This document shows positions 1 through 7,322 of a stretch of DNA of 41,789 bases, piece after piece. The stretch's first letter is position 1. Each line of letters starts with the position of its first letter. This DNA is from Pseudobacteriovorax sp. Lineage in GTDB: Bacteria > Bdellovibrionota_B > Oligoflexia > Oligoflexales > Oligoflexaceae. Position numbers and translations under genes: made by a program. Location of the stretch: NCBI GenBank assembly GCA_050293845.1, contig JBNKNM010000026.1, positions 1-41,789 on the forward strand, in the 5' to 3' direction. The notes below the pieces were generated by a model. It did no database searches. It was not told the origin of the DNA and saw nothing but the letters and a program-made list of their open reading frames with translations.

Positions 1-40
1 AGAGAGAGCTTGTGAGTAGCCATGTTGGCTTCTTACACAG

Positions 41-239
41 CTTCACATAATTCACACTAGGGTGGTGAACCAGGAAAAGATAGTATTACTAGTGTTATAG
101 CTAGTAATTATATAACTTCATTCTTAATAATATATATAAAAAAATAAAAGAGAGTGACTCTGTGAATGTGGAATTTTGAGATAAACCACTGGAAGAAAAG
201 AGGAAGCTGGTTATACAGGCTTTGTGAATTATGGTGAAG
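41..239. repeat. Long imperfect inverted repeat around an AT-rich core; candidate replication origin
   Basis: CTTCACATAATTCACA (41-56) is the reverse complement of TGTGAATTATGGTGAAG (223-239) apart from one inserted G. The ~100-150 segment is almost all A/T, with extra GTGAA motifs at 65 and 162. It lies just downstream of the primase gene. Confidence 0.5.
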
Positions 240-306
240 TGTTGAATTATTGTTTTCTCACGAAAGCCATAAAAGCCAGACCCCATTGGAGCCTGACCTC
301 ATGCTG

Positions 307-2484
307 TTAAACTATACTCTGATATAATTGGGATGCAAGTATATATTTGGAAAAACTTTTGGTGCGCTTGGATTCCTTAATTTCTAGCTCTATGACTTCA
401 CCTCCTTCGATAAGGTCAGTTAGAATTTCTTGCCTGAGCCTGCGATCAACCCTTTGGAACCTTCTGGTAATATCAGACTGTGTGACGCCATTCGAGTAGC
501 GACCGATAAACTCTAAAATCTTTTTAAGGGTCTCGTCCTTTGGATTCTCGGCCCGGTTTTCCTCTAGGTAGCCGACAAGGGTATCCCTTGCCCGTCCCGT
601 AAACGCCACCCCAAACTCCAGATCTTCCATTGTGATACAGCGCCGGCCATCGGCTATGGTATGAATTGAGGCATATCTTAGGGCTTTTTCAGCCAATCTC
701 CCCAGGGTGTGGATCTCGTAGTACTTGGCATCCTTGTTTTGCTCAAGAGCATGAGCTTTACGAGAGATACTAAGCCGCCACTCCTGCCATTTCTTCTCAA
801 CCTCCTTATCCCAATCTAGCAGTTTAGCTTCTCGCACCACATTGGTTCCTTGTAGAAAATCATAGGGAAGCTCCAAGTTAGTCTTAAGCAAGTCTAGAAC
901 CTCCGAAGGGATTCCATAGCGAACGTCTATTTGTGGCTCGATAAACTCAGGTGGTGCCAGGATAAAGTCAAAGCGAGAAAGTAGCCCGCTCTTATAGAAG
1001 GGCTCCTGTTTTAGTAGCTTCTTAAAGCCGCCAAAAGTGCCGTTCCCAAAGATGCTAAAATGGGGATCTTTCACAATTTTTAACGACTCATCTTTTTTCT
1101 TATTGGACTGCCCTCGCAGTATAGCATTACCCCAGATAGAGCAAAAGTCACCCAGAAGACTATGAATTAGGGCAGCTTTGTTAGCAGTGATGCTTTCAAG
1201 ATAATTGATTAGCTCATCTCGGCACATATAAATTGCCGGATATTCGTCTAATATACGTAACAGTCCTGAGGTAGATATGGGATCGGGCTTAAGTGACAAC
1301 GACCTTAAACAATCAACGATCTGCTGGGGTGCTCTGATATAGTCGTTCTTTCCAAAGGCTACGCTTCCCACGATCACAATATAGCTAGCAAGCTTAGATC
1401 TTGTGGGAGTCATATATAAGCCTTGGGTAAGAGCTGATACCGTGGAGACTGCCGACGCTATGGCCCAATGATCATAGGGTGTCTGACAGGTTTCTTGGAT
1501 GGCAACTGCCAATTGCCATAATCCACCTCTAGGACAAGGAGCCTTTGGCGTTCCCTCAAATTTGGTCTCTGGTTTTTCAGAGGCAATCCTTTTCTGAGGA
1601 GCCTCCCGCTTGCGCTGTTTCCTTGAAACGCTAATACCAGCGTGATGGAAAAGCGTGCCAAGGGTACGCCCTTCGCTCTTAAATGAAACCCATTTTTTAG
1701 CGCAAACACCTGATTGGTATTTATTGCTTTGCTGTGACCAATTGTCCCAAACCTCAAGACCGTGGCTATCCCCCGTAGAGTGAAGGCACATACCGATTTC
1801 AAGCCAATCCTCGTAGTTGTGTGACCTGTCACAAAGTCGAGAAAGAGCTTCACTAACGGCGAACCAATCCACGCTACCCTCCAGATAGCCCTGACCTTTT
1901 CTATGGGATTGCTTGGTCGGTGTAGGGACACTATTAAGTTTTTCTTTTTCTGATAGCTCGATAAGCCATCCAGGTGCCTTTTTCATGGGAATATTCCAAG
2001 GCTCGCATTTATTAACCCACCTATAACGTTCCCCGGAAAGATGGAGACTAGGAGCAAGGACAACATACCCGCCGTTAGCACGGATATCGACGCCTTTTAG
2101 GATTCCTGTTCGTGTCTTTAGAGGTTTATGGGTGCGATAGAAAATATGAAACCCACCACCGCCGGTGTGTGCCATAACTGTACGAAAATCTTTACCATGT
2201 TTTGCTTTTAGCTCTTTAAGAGTTTCGAGGCCACCATTTTTCTTATCTGCATCGAGGACAATTAGAGATTCGCCACAATAAAGCCCGACATTTGATCCAT
2301 TAAAATCGTTGGAATCAGAATGGACTCTAGCTGACTTGAAGCCATCTATAGACTTGGGGTGTTTTCCAGGGCTGCGACAATCAGTTTCACCGCAAGTACA
2401 TTTTCCGCCCTCGATGGTATAGAGAGGAAAAGTTTGAAAGTTGCTAGCTGAAAATATATCGAGTGTTTTTTGCAATTCGGTCAT
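307..2484 (-). CDS. Phage-type primase/replicase: N-terminal bifunctional primase-polymerase (Prim-Pol), PriCT-2, DUF3987-like P-loop domain, C-terminal winged helix
   Basis: CTCGETDCRSPGKHP N-terminus; LDAD, TGGGGFHIFY and GVDIRANGGYVV Prim-Pol motifs; YEDWLEIGMCLH..WDNWSQQSNKY..KWVSF (PriCT-2); GSVAFGKN, RDE and GLLSRF (DUF3987-like); GVTQSDITRRF (wHTH-like). Confidence 0.85.
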   Translation of the reverse strand: MTELQKTLDIFSASNFQTFPLYTIEGGKCTCGETDCRSPGKHPKSIDGFKSARVHSDSNDFNGSNVGLYCGESLIVLDADKKNGGLETLKELKAKHGKDFRTVMAHTGGGGFHIFYRTHKPLKTRTGILKGVDIRANGGYVVLAPSLHLSGERYRWVNKCEPWNIPMKKAPGWLIELSEKEKLNSVPTPTKQSHRKGQGYLEGSVDWFAVSEALSRLCDRSHNYEDWLEIGMCLHSTGDSHGLEVWDNWSQQSNKYQSGVCAKKWVSFKSEGRTLGTLFHHAGISVSRKQRKREAPQKRIASEKPETKFEGTPKAPCPRGGLWQLAVAIQETCQTPYDHWAIASAVSTVSALTQGLYMTPTRSKLASYIVIVGSVAFGKNDYIRAPQQIVDCLRSLSLKPDPISTSGLLRILDEYPAIYMCRDELINYLESITANKAALIHSLLGDFCSIWGNAILRGQSNKKKDESLKIVKDPHFSIFGNGTFGGFKKLLKQEPFYKSGLLSRFDFILAPPEFIEPQIDVRYGIPSEVLDLLKTNLELPYDFLQGTNVVREAKLLDWDKEVEKKWQEWRLSISRKAHALEQNKDAKYYEIHTLGRLAEKALRYASIHTIADGRRCITMEDLEFGVAFTGRARDTLVGYLEENRAENPKDETLKKILEFIGRYSNGVTQSDITRRFQRVDRRLRQEILTDLIEGGEVIELEIKESKRTKSFSKYILASQLYQSIV

Positions 2485-2596
2485 ACCGTTGCTCCAAGTT
2501 TAAGTAATCAAAAATTAACTCAGGTCTTTGGTCAGGGTTGTTGCTTGCGCTTAGTTCTAGAATCATTTCTTCGAATTTTTGAATGTGTAGCAACAT
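2444..2596 (-). CDS. Small hypothetical protein (50 aa), not in the ORF track
   Basis: AAGGAG RBS then ATG; reads MLLHIQKFEEMILELSASNNPDQRPELIFDYLNLEQRYDRIAKNTRYIFS*. It fills the helicase-primase gap and overlaps the primase start by 41 nt. Confidence 0.55.
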   Translation of the reverse strand: MLLHIQKFEEMILELSASNNPDQRPELIFDYLNLEQRYDRIAKNTRYIFS

Positions 2597-2618
2597 AGCG
2601 ACTCCTTAAAATAAAGTG

Positions 2619-4208
2619 CTAAAAGGGCATTTCTGCTGGATCATAAAAGTTTGGTTCCACACGAGGAAACTTGGGGTTCTTACTCGGTATAATATTGATA
2701 GTGGTAAACTTTAGGTTGTTAAGCTTCCAAAGCTTTAGCTTTGCTCTTTTGCGTTGCCAACTTTGATCAGCTCCCGTGAGAATCCATTCTTTATACCTTT
2801 TACTGTCCTTCGTGTAGTAGTAGACAATAGCGCATTCTACACCATTTTTAGTTTGTTGATCGTTATAAACTTTAAATGAAGCTACAGTATAGGTGTCATA
2901 ACTTGGGCCTTGATAAGTCTCATCGGTATGATTGATAAATAGATGCCCACAATGATCACAGGTTGTTTGGCTCTCTGACATGCTCTCACACTTAGGACAT
3001 TTTCTTAGGCCATCGGATGAACCGGAACTACTATCGGTTTTGCGTTCTTGTTTTCTAATCGAGCTTTCGATGTCGGGATCTTCGATTGATCCGAATCGAT
3101 CCAAGTTTCCAGCCATATCGAGTACAAGGCAATCCTTCTTGTCTTCAGCTATTCTTAACCCGCGTCCTAGACACTGAATCAGAAGAGAAACCGATTGCGT
3201 AGCCCTTAGCATCACTACACAATCAATGCTAGGTGCGTCAAATCCGGTCGTGAGCACTCCGACGTTTATGATAGCCTTATATTTCATTGCTTTAATATCG
3301 GTTAGAATCGACTTTCGCACGTTACCTGTAATATCACCATCGACATAACAGACCGTTTCAGGACTCAAATAGTCATTAGTGATTTGGTCGAAAACTTCCT
3401 TTGCATGGTCCTTAGAACAACAAAAGAAAATTGAAAGCTTTCGATCGCTGGCTAGTCTGTGCCATTTTTCAAGACATGCTCCAACCACCTTGTTTGACTC
3501 TACAGTCAACTCTTTGCTGTTATAGTCACCCGTGGAACTAACCTTGACGTTGCTGGTATCGATAAGGGACTCAATTTCCGGGAACCTATAGTCGGATAGG
3601 TAGCCTTGGTTGATAAGATCTCTCATCTTGATTTCATAGGCAAGGTCTTCAAAAAAAGCTTTATCATCTCCCCATATTTCACCAATTCCAAGTCGCCAGG
3701 GTGTACCCGTAAAGCCAACAATAAACTTAGCGTTCGCAGAGTGAACCTTGAAAATTTTTCCATAGCTGGTTGAGCTATCGGTATTTATCAAGTGGGCTTC
3801 ATCGATAATTATCGCGTCAAAGAAACCGCAAGTATCAGGTTTATTCCTAAGTGAGTCGCGGGAGGCAAAGATCACTTGTTGTTTCTTATCTTTCCTGCCT
3901 TCGCCAGCACAATAGACGCCGGTCGTGATAGTAGGCTCAAGGTCGTTAAGAGTTTCCTCATTTTGAGTGAGAAGGTGACCTTGGTGACAGAGCACCAAAA
4001 TCCTAGCCCAGCGATGGTCCTTTAAAAACCATTGGCAGACCATGGCAACCATAAGGCCCTTACCTGAGCCAGTAGGAGCAACACCTAGTATTCTATGGCT
4101 TAAACCCGCGTCAATTTTCTTAGCAATGCTTTCTATCATAGCTGTCTGATAGTCCCTTGGCACAAAGATCCTCTGTGCCGCTAAAGGCAATGCCTTTGCA
4201 GTCTCCAT
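2619..4208 (-). CDS. SF2 DEAH-box helicase (RadD/YejH-like, phage type) with C-terminal zinc finger
   Basis: Walker A APTGSGKG, DEAH, GFTGTP, LTTGFD, QCLGRGLR; CPKC..CDHC zinc ribbon. Confidence 0.9.
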   Translation of the reverse strand: METAKALPLAAQRIFVPRDYQTAMIESIAKKIDAGLSHRILGVAPTGSGKGLMVAMVCQWFLKDHRWARILVLCHQGHLLTQNEETLNDLEPTITTGVYCAGEGRKDKKQQVIFASRDSLRNKPDTCGFFDAIIIDEAHLINTDSSTSYGKIFKVHSANAKFIVGFTGTPWRLGIGEIWGDDKAFFEDLAYEIKMRDLINQGYLSDYRFPEIESLIDTSNVKVSSTGDYNSKELTVESNKVVGACLEKWHRLASDRKLSIFFCCSKDHAKEVFDQITNDYLSPETVCYVDGDITGNVRKSILTDIKAMKYKAIINVGVLTTGFDAPSIDCVVMLRATQSVSLLIQCLGRGLRIAEDKKDCLVLDMAGNLDRFGSIEDPDIESSIRKQERKTDSSSGSSDGLRKCPKCESMSESQTTCDHCGHLFINHTDETYQGPSYDTYTVASFKVYNDQQTKNGVECAIVYYYTKDSKRYKEWILTGADQSWQRKRAKLKLWKLNNLKFTTINIIPSKNPKFPRVEPNFYDPAEMPF

Positions 4209-4281
4209 TATGTCATCCTTAATTAGTCTTAGTTTTTGTTAGTTAGGGGAAAAGATGGGCGAATGCCTTCTCCCTTGGTGG

Positions 4282-5079
4282 TTAGCTCTTCATAAGCTTT
4301 TTGATTGCTTCCTCAAGCTCTGTAACTTTAAACGGGACACCTTGAGCGATAAGCTCTTGATTGATTCGTTTCATCTCGCTGATATCTTCAACACCCATAC
4401 GCTTCATAGCGTCCATAACGAGCACTTTTTGATGGTCGAGGCCCTTATACGGGGGCGGACCTAACTCTGCACTAGAAAGCTTAATAGGCTCCTCAGAGGT
4501 GACCTCTACGTGACTCATCTCTTCAATGCTATAAATGCCAGAAAGATCATTTGGGAAAGCACGCCTTAAGGCTAGGGATTCGGCAACCTTTGCAAGCATG
4601 TGCTCTGGGCCTTTTGCCCAAAACCCTGTTGGCACCATTTCCCCTGTGTGTTTGTCCTTATGCTTTTGTACATAGGTAGCAAACTTTGCAATACCCCAAG
4701 TCGGTTCTCGGTGGCCCTTACGGTATACACCCACCTTAGCTGCCAGGGGTGAATTATCATCGATCCAAAAATCACACCAACCCATGTCTTTGTCATACCA
4801 AAAGGGACCAACATAGCCTTCATGCTCACCCGTACGTTGGGCTATGATCCTTAGTGCATTCACACCAAGGAAGGGACGCATGATATTTTGCTTCTTATCG
4901 CTATCCCATACCTTGATGGCGTAGATTTGTTGCGTAAGTAGATCAAGACCACACTTATTCGCAGTATATAGTATCAACTTAAGCTCATCATCAGAGCAGC
5001 CTTTAGCAGCGATATTTTTAATAAGCTCAAGTTGAGCCTGTGAATCGCTGTTATCCAATTCTGTTGCGAGAGCGGTCAT
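4282..5079 (-). CDS. bet: Phage recombination protein Bet/RecT-family single-strand annealase
   Basis: GLDLLTQQIYAIK, ALRIIAQRTGEHEG, AKVGVYRKG and FWAKGPEHMLAKVAESLALRRAFPNDLSGIYSIEEM are characteristic of Bet. Confidence 0.9.
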   Translation of the reverse strand: MTALATELDNSDSQAQLELIKNIAAKGCSDDELKLILYTANKCGLDLLTQQIYAIKVWDSDKKQNIMRPFLGVNALRIIAQRTGEHEGYVGPFWYDKDMGWCDFWIDDNSPLAAKVGVYRKGHREPTWGIAKFATYVQKHKDKHTGEMVPTGFWAKGPEHMLAKVAESLALRRAFPNDLSGIYSIEEMSHVEVTSEEPIKLSSAELGPPPYKGLDHQKVLVMDAMKRMGVEDISEMKRINQELIAQGVPFKVTELEEAIKKLMKS

Positions 5080-5411
5080 AAAAATTCTCCTAAGTCATCT
5101 TCATCAAGGGCGATGTCATCTAAGGTGTTTTCGTTTAGTTCGGGCTTTTTCTTACTGGTTCTTGTTTCCTTCACAATACCTAGCGTAGGAAATATTGAAA
5201 TCATGGTCGTCTCAGGGCACTCCATTTTAGAAAGAGCTTTAATCATTCTATTAACTGAACTTGCTCCAGGTTTATTTCTACCGTTAATGAAGCACGATAG
5301 AGCCGTTGTGTTAATATTTGACTTTTGAGCAAAGTATGCTTGGCTCACTCCCTTAAATGATAGAAAGCTCTTTAGTGCTTTTCCTTTAAATTCGTACACT
5401 CTGTTTTGCAT
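5076..5411 (-). CDS. XRE-family helix-turn-helix protein with acidic C-terminal tail
   Basis: LKSFLSFKGVSQAYFAQKSNINTTALSCFINGRNKP is an XRE HTH pattern. Start reassigned from 5456 to ATG 5411 because AAGGAG lies directly upstream and the upstream ORF stops at 5413. Confidence 0.75.
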   Translation of the reverse strand: MQNRVYEFKGKALKSFLSFKGVSQAYFAQKSNINTTALSCFINGRNKPGASSVNRMIKALSKMECPETTMISIFPTLGIVKETRTSKKKPELNENTLDDIALDEDDLGEFL

Positions 5412-5412
5412 A

Positions 5413-6039
5413 TTATCTCCTTGCAATTTCGCTATGTAAATAGGTTCTAAATTCACTCATGGTAAAGGGAAGTATAGGACCAGGATCAAGCCTTGCATCC
5501 TTATCTATTCTTGCCTCATTTATGCCGCATACATTGTCTGGATCTATATCGTGCTTATCAATGAGCCATAAGGTAAGTGCTTTCAGGGATTCAACTTGCT
5601 TTTTTGTACATGAGTCCCATTCAAATGGTGCTGCTTCGTTTGGTGAGTGCGCTCGTTCAAGTTTTACCTTGTCAAGCTTTACGACCTCCTCTGTTTCAGT
5701 AACAAAAATATTTTCTCTATAGATATCTACGATACCCCAGGACATAAGTACTATTAGAATATGATTATGATCGGGGTTATGACCATTCCATAGAACCTGG
5801 CCGCCATGACGTTGTTTGAAGTGCTCATATGAGATGTAATGAATACGTCCAACGCGATCAATTAAGTAGTGTCCACCTTCGCTGCGGTCCTTAAGAGTTT
5901 TTAATGCACGAGTGAGTCCGCGCATAAGAGATGCCTTGATCGTAACTCCAATGGGTTTGGTTACAAAAAAACTTTCTTGCCCAGAAAGATCTTTTACTAG
6001 TGGCTGCTTATTATGCTTAAGATATCTAGGTAAACTCAA
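5413..6039 (-). CDS. N-acetylmuramoyl-L-alanine amidase (Amidase_2/PGRP)-like protein, probably catalytically inactive
   Basis: HYLIDRVGRIH, RHGG, TKKQVESLKALTLWL, VCGINE and RLDPG follow the AmpD-type layout. TTG 6039 is the preferred start (GGAG 9 nt upstream; candidate promoter spans ATG 6105); the longest ORF starts at 6105. Confidence 0.7.
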   Translation of the reverse strand: MSLPRYLKHNKQPLVKDLSGQESFFVTKPIGVTIKASLMRGLTRALKTLKDRSEGGHYLIDRVGRIHYISYEHFKQRHGGQVLWNGHNPDHNHILIVLMSWGIVDIYRENIFVTETEEVVKLDKVKLERAHSPNEAAPFEWDSCTKKQVESLKALTLWLIDKHDIDPDNVCGINEARIDKDARLDPGPILPFTMSEFRTYLHSEIARR

Positions 6040-6092
6040 AACTAAAGACTCCAATAAAAATCTTAGGCGAGTGATCTCAAGTGATCTTCTAC

Positions 6093-6122
6093 AGCCTAGC
6101 CTCATGTTTTTTTGAAAGTCAA
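6093..6122 (-). promoter_or_regulatory. Putative sigma70 promoter for the leftward replication operon
   Basis: TTGACT (6122-6117), 18-nt spacer, TAGGCT (6098-6093) on the minus strand. Confidence 0.45.
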
Positions 6123-6170
6123 GTGGCTGAAAATACGCTATTGGGCAAGTCTTATAGTGGAAAACGTTTT

Positions 6171-6259
6171 TTGTTCACGATGAACTATCACGAATCATCA
6201 CGAATTATCACGATTCGTCACGAATCATCACGACATTTTGATCAATTGTTCACGATGAA
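6171..6259 (+). repeat. Helically phased TCACGA direct-repeat array (iteron/operator-like)
   Basis: TCACGA at 6188, 6198, 6208, 6218 and 6228 (exact 10-bp period), bracketed by two identical 14-mers TTGTTCACGATGAA at 6171-6184 and 6246-6259. Confidence 0.92.
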
Positions 6260-6366
6260 AATTTTGAAAATATTTTCGACTAGACCCAAATTTTTTGCTG
6301 TGTTTTGATTCGACCTAGACAGCGATTCCGCTGCGTTTAAACAAATTTTAAAAATGAGGTAATCTT

Positions 6367-7254
6367 GTGGTTAAGAAAAGTCTTAGTACATTAATTTTTT
6401 GTGCAATATCATCTACCGCCTACCCATCTAATAGTTCGAGTATCGGTGTAAGTGTTGATTCGCCCACACAGTTACACCATGTGAAAGATTCAAATATCGA
6501 ACTAAAAGCATCTGTAAATAAAGTTTCACAACGCGATATTAAAATTCGTGAGTCAAATTATTACAGTGCTGCAAATGTTAGGTTGAAAAATATGGTATTT
6601 GGTTTGGCATTACAACAATCTACATTCGATAACAACTTCTTTGATAAGGGCTTTGGACAACACAATGCTTTATCTCTCCTTGCAGCTTACACGGTAGCAG
6701 ATTTTGTGACACTTGGTATTGAAGGTGAATTTGGAAACCTAAATCAACACATTTTCGACCTAGATTCTACGGTGCATTACAAAGGATATTATGATGACCG
6801 TTCATATAACCGTTACAAGGTTGGGGTTGCAGTTCATCAAGATGGCTATGAGTTGGGCCTTGCTTATAGCCCGAAATACGATCAAAACGCATTACTCTTT
6901 AGAGAAGAAATTTTAGCTCATGGTAAGTTAAGTATCTCAAATCAAAATGATATTGGGATTATAGCTAGGGTAGAACCAAGGTATGAAGGACAGTATAGTT
7001 ACGATTTAACGGTATTATATGATCATAAAATAACTGACGCATTAAGCATGTATAGCGGAATAGCTTACTACGAGTTTAATCCAGAAGATGAGAAAATTAA
7101 GTCCTATGAAGCTAAAGTTGGTGCATCCTATCAATTGTCAGGTGTGATTCTCGGTGCACAATTGGCCTATAAATTATCTGACCCCAATGATAATTTCCGT
7201 AACCCAGAACAAGAGACGTTCAGAGGTGGAGTTTCTTTGGCGGCTAACTTCTAG
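6367..7254 (+). CDS. Putative outer-membrane beta-barrel protein (element cargo)
   Basis: GTG start after GAGGT; N-terminal signal-peptide-like stretch; many alternating hydrophobic beta-strands rich in Y/G; terminal beta-signal GGVSLAANF ending in Phe. Confidence 0.75.
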   Translation: MVKKSLSTLIFCAISSTAYPSNSSSIGVSVDSPTQLHHVKDSNIELKASVNKVSQRDIKIRESNYYSAANVRLKNMVFGLALQQSTFDNNFFDKGFGQHNALSLLAAYTVADFVTLGIEGEFGNLNQHIFDLDSTVHYKGYYDDRSYNRYKVGVAVHQDGYELGLAYSPKYDQNALLFREEILAHGKLSISNQNDIGIIARVEPRYEGQYSYDLTVLYDHKITDALSMYSGIAYYEFNPEDEKIKSYEAKVGASYQLSGVILGAQLAYKLSDPNDNFRNPEQETFRGGVSLAANF

Positions 7255-7282
7255 TTTTCTTAGATATGGTTTTGTTTTTTAA

Positions 7283-7300
7283 CTAGGTCTTTGGACCTAG
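7283..7300. promoter_or_regulatory. Perfect inverted repeat CTAGGTC-N4-GACCTAG, possible operator or hairpin
   Basis: 7-bp arms in the intergenic gap before the Gp157-like gene; no following U-tract on either strand. Confidence 0.4.
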
Positions 7301-7322
7301 CTCTTATGGAGGGTTTAAATTT

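Noticed and set aside
101..286. 61-aa minus-strand ORF downstream of the primase
   Set aside because: Low-complexity translation of an AT-rich, repeat-containing region that is better explained as an origin-like non-coding element; coding cannot be fully excluded.
1458..1931. 157-aa alternative-frame ORF inside the primase gene
   Set aside because: Fully nested in a well-supported CDS, with no recognisable motif or RBS.
6171..6259. Repeat array considered as a mini-CRISPR
   Set aside because: Units are 6-14 bp with 4-nt linkers, far below CRISPR repeat/spacer sizes, and no cas genes are present.
6081..6308. 75-aa ORF containing HESSR repeats
   Set aside because: The peptide repeats are a by-product of the 10-bp DNA repeat, whose period is not a multiple of 3; no RBS.
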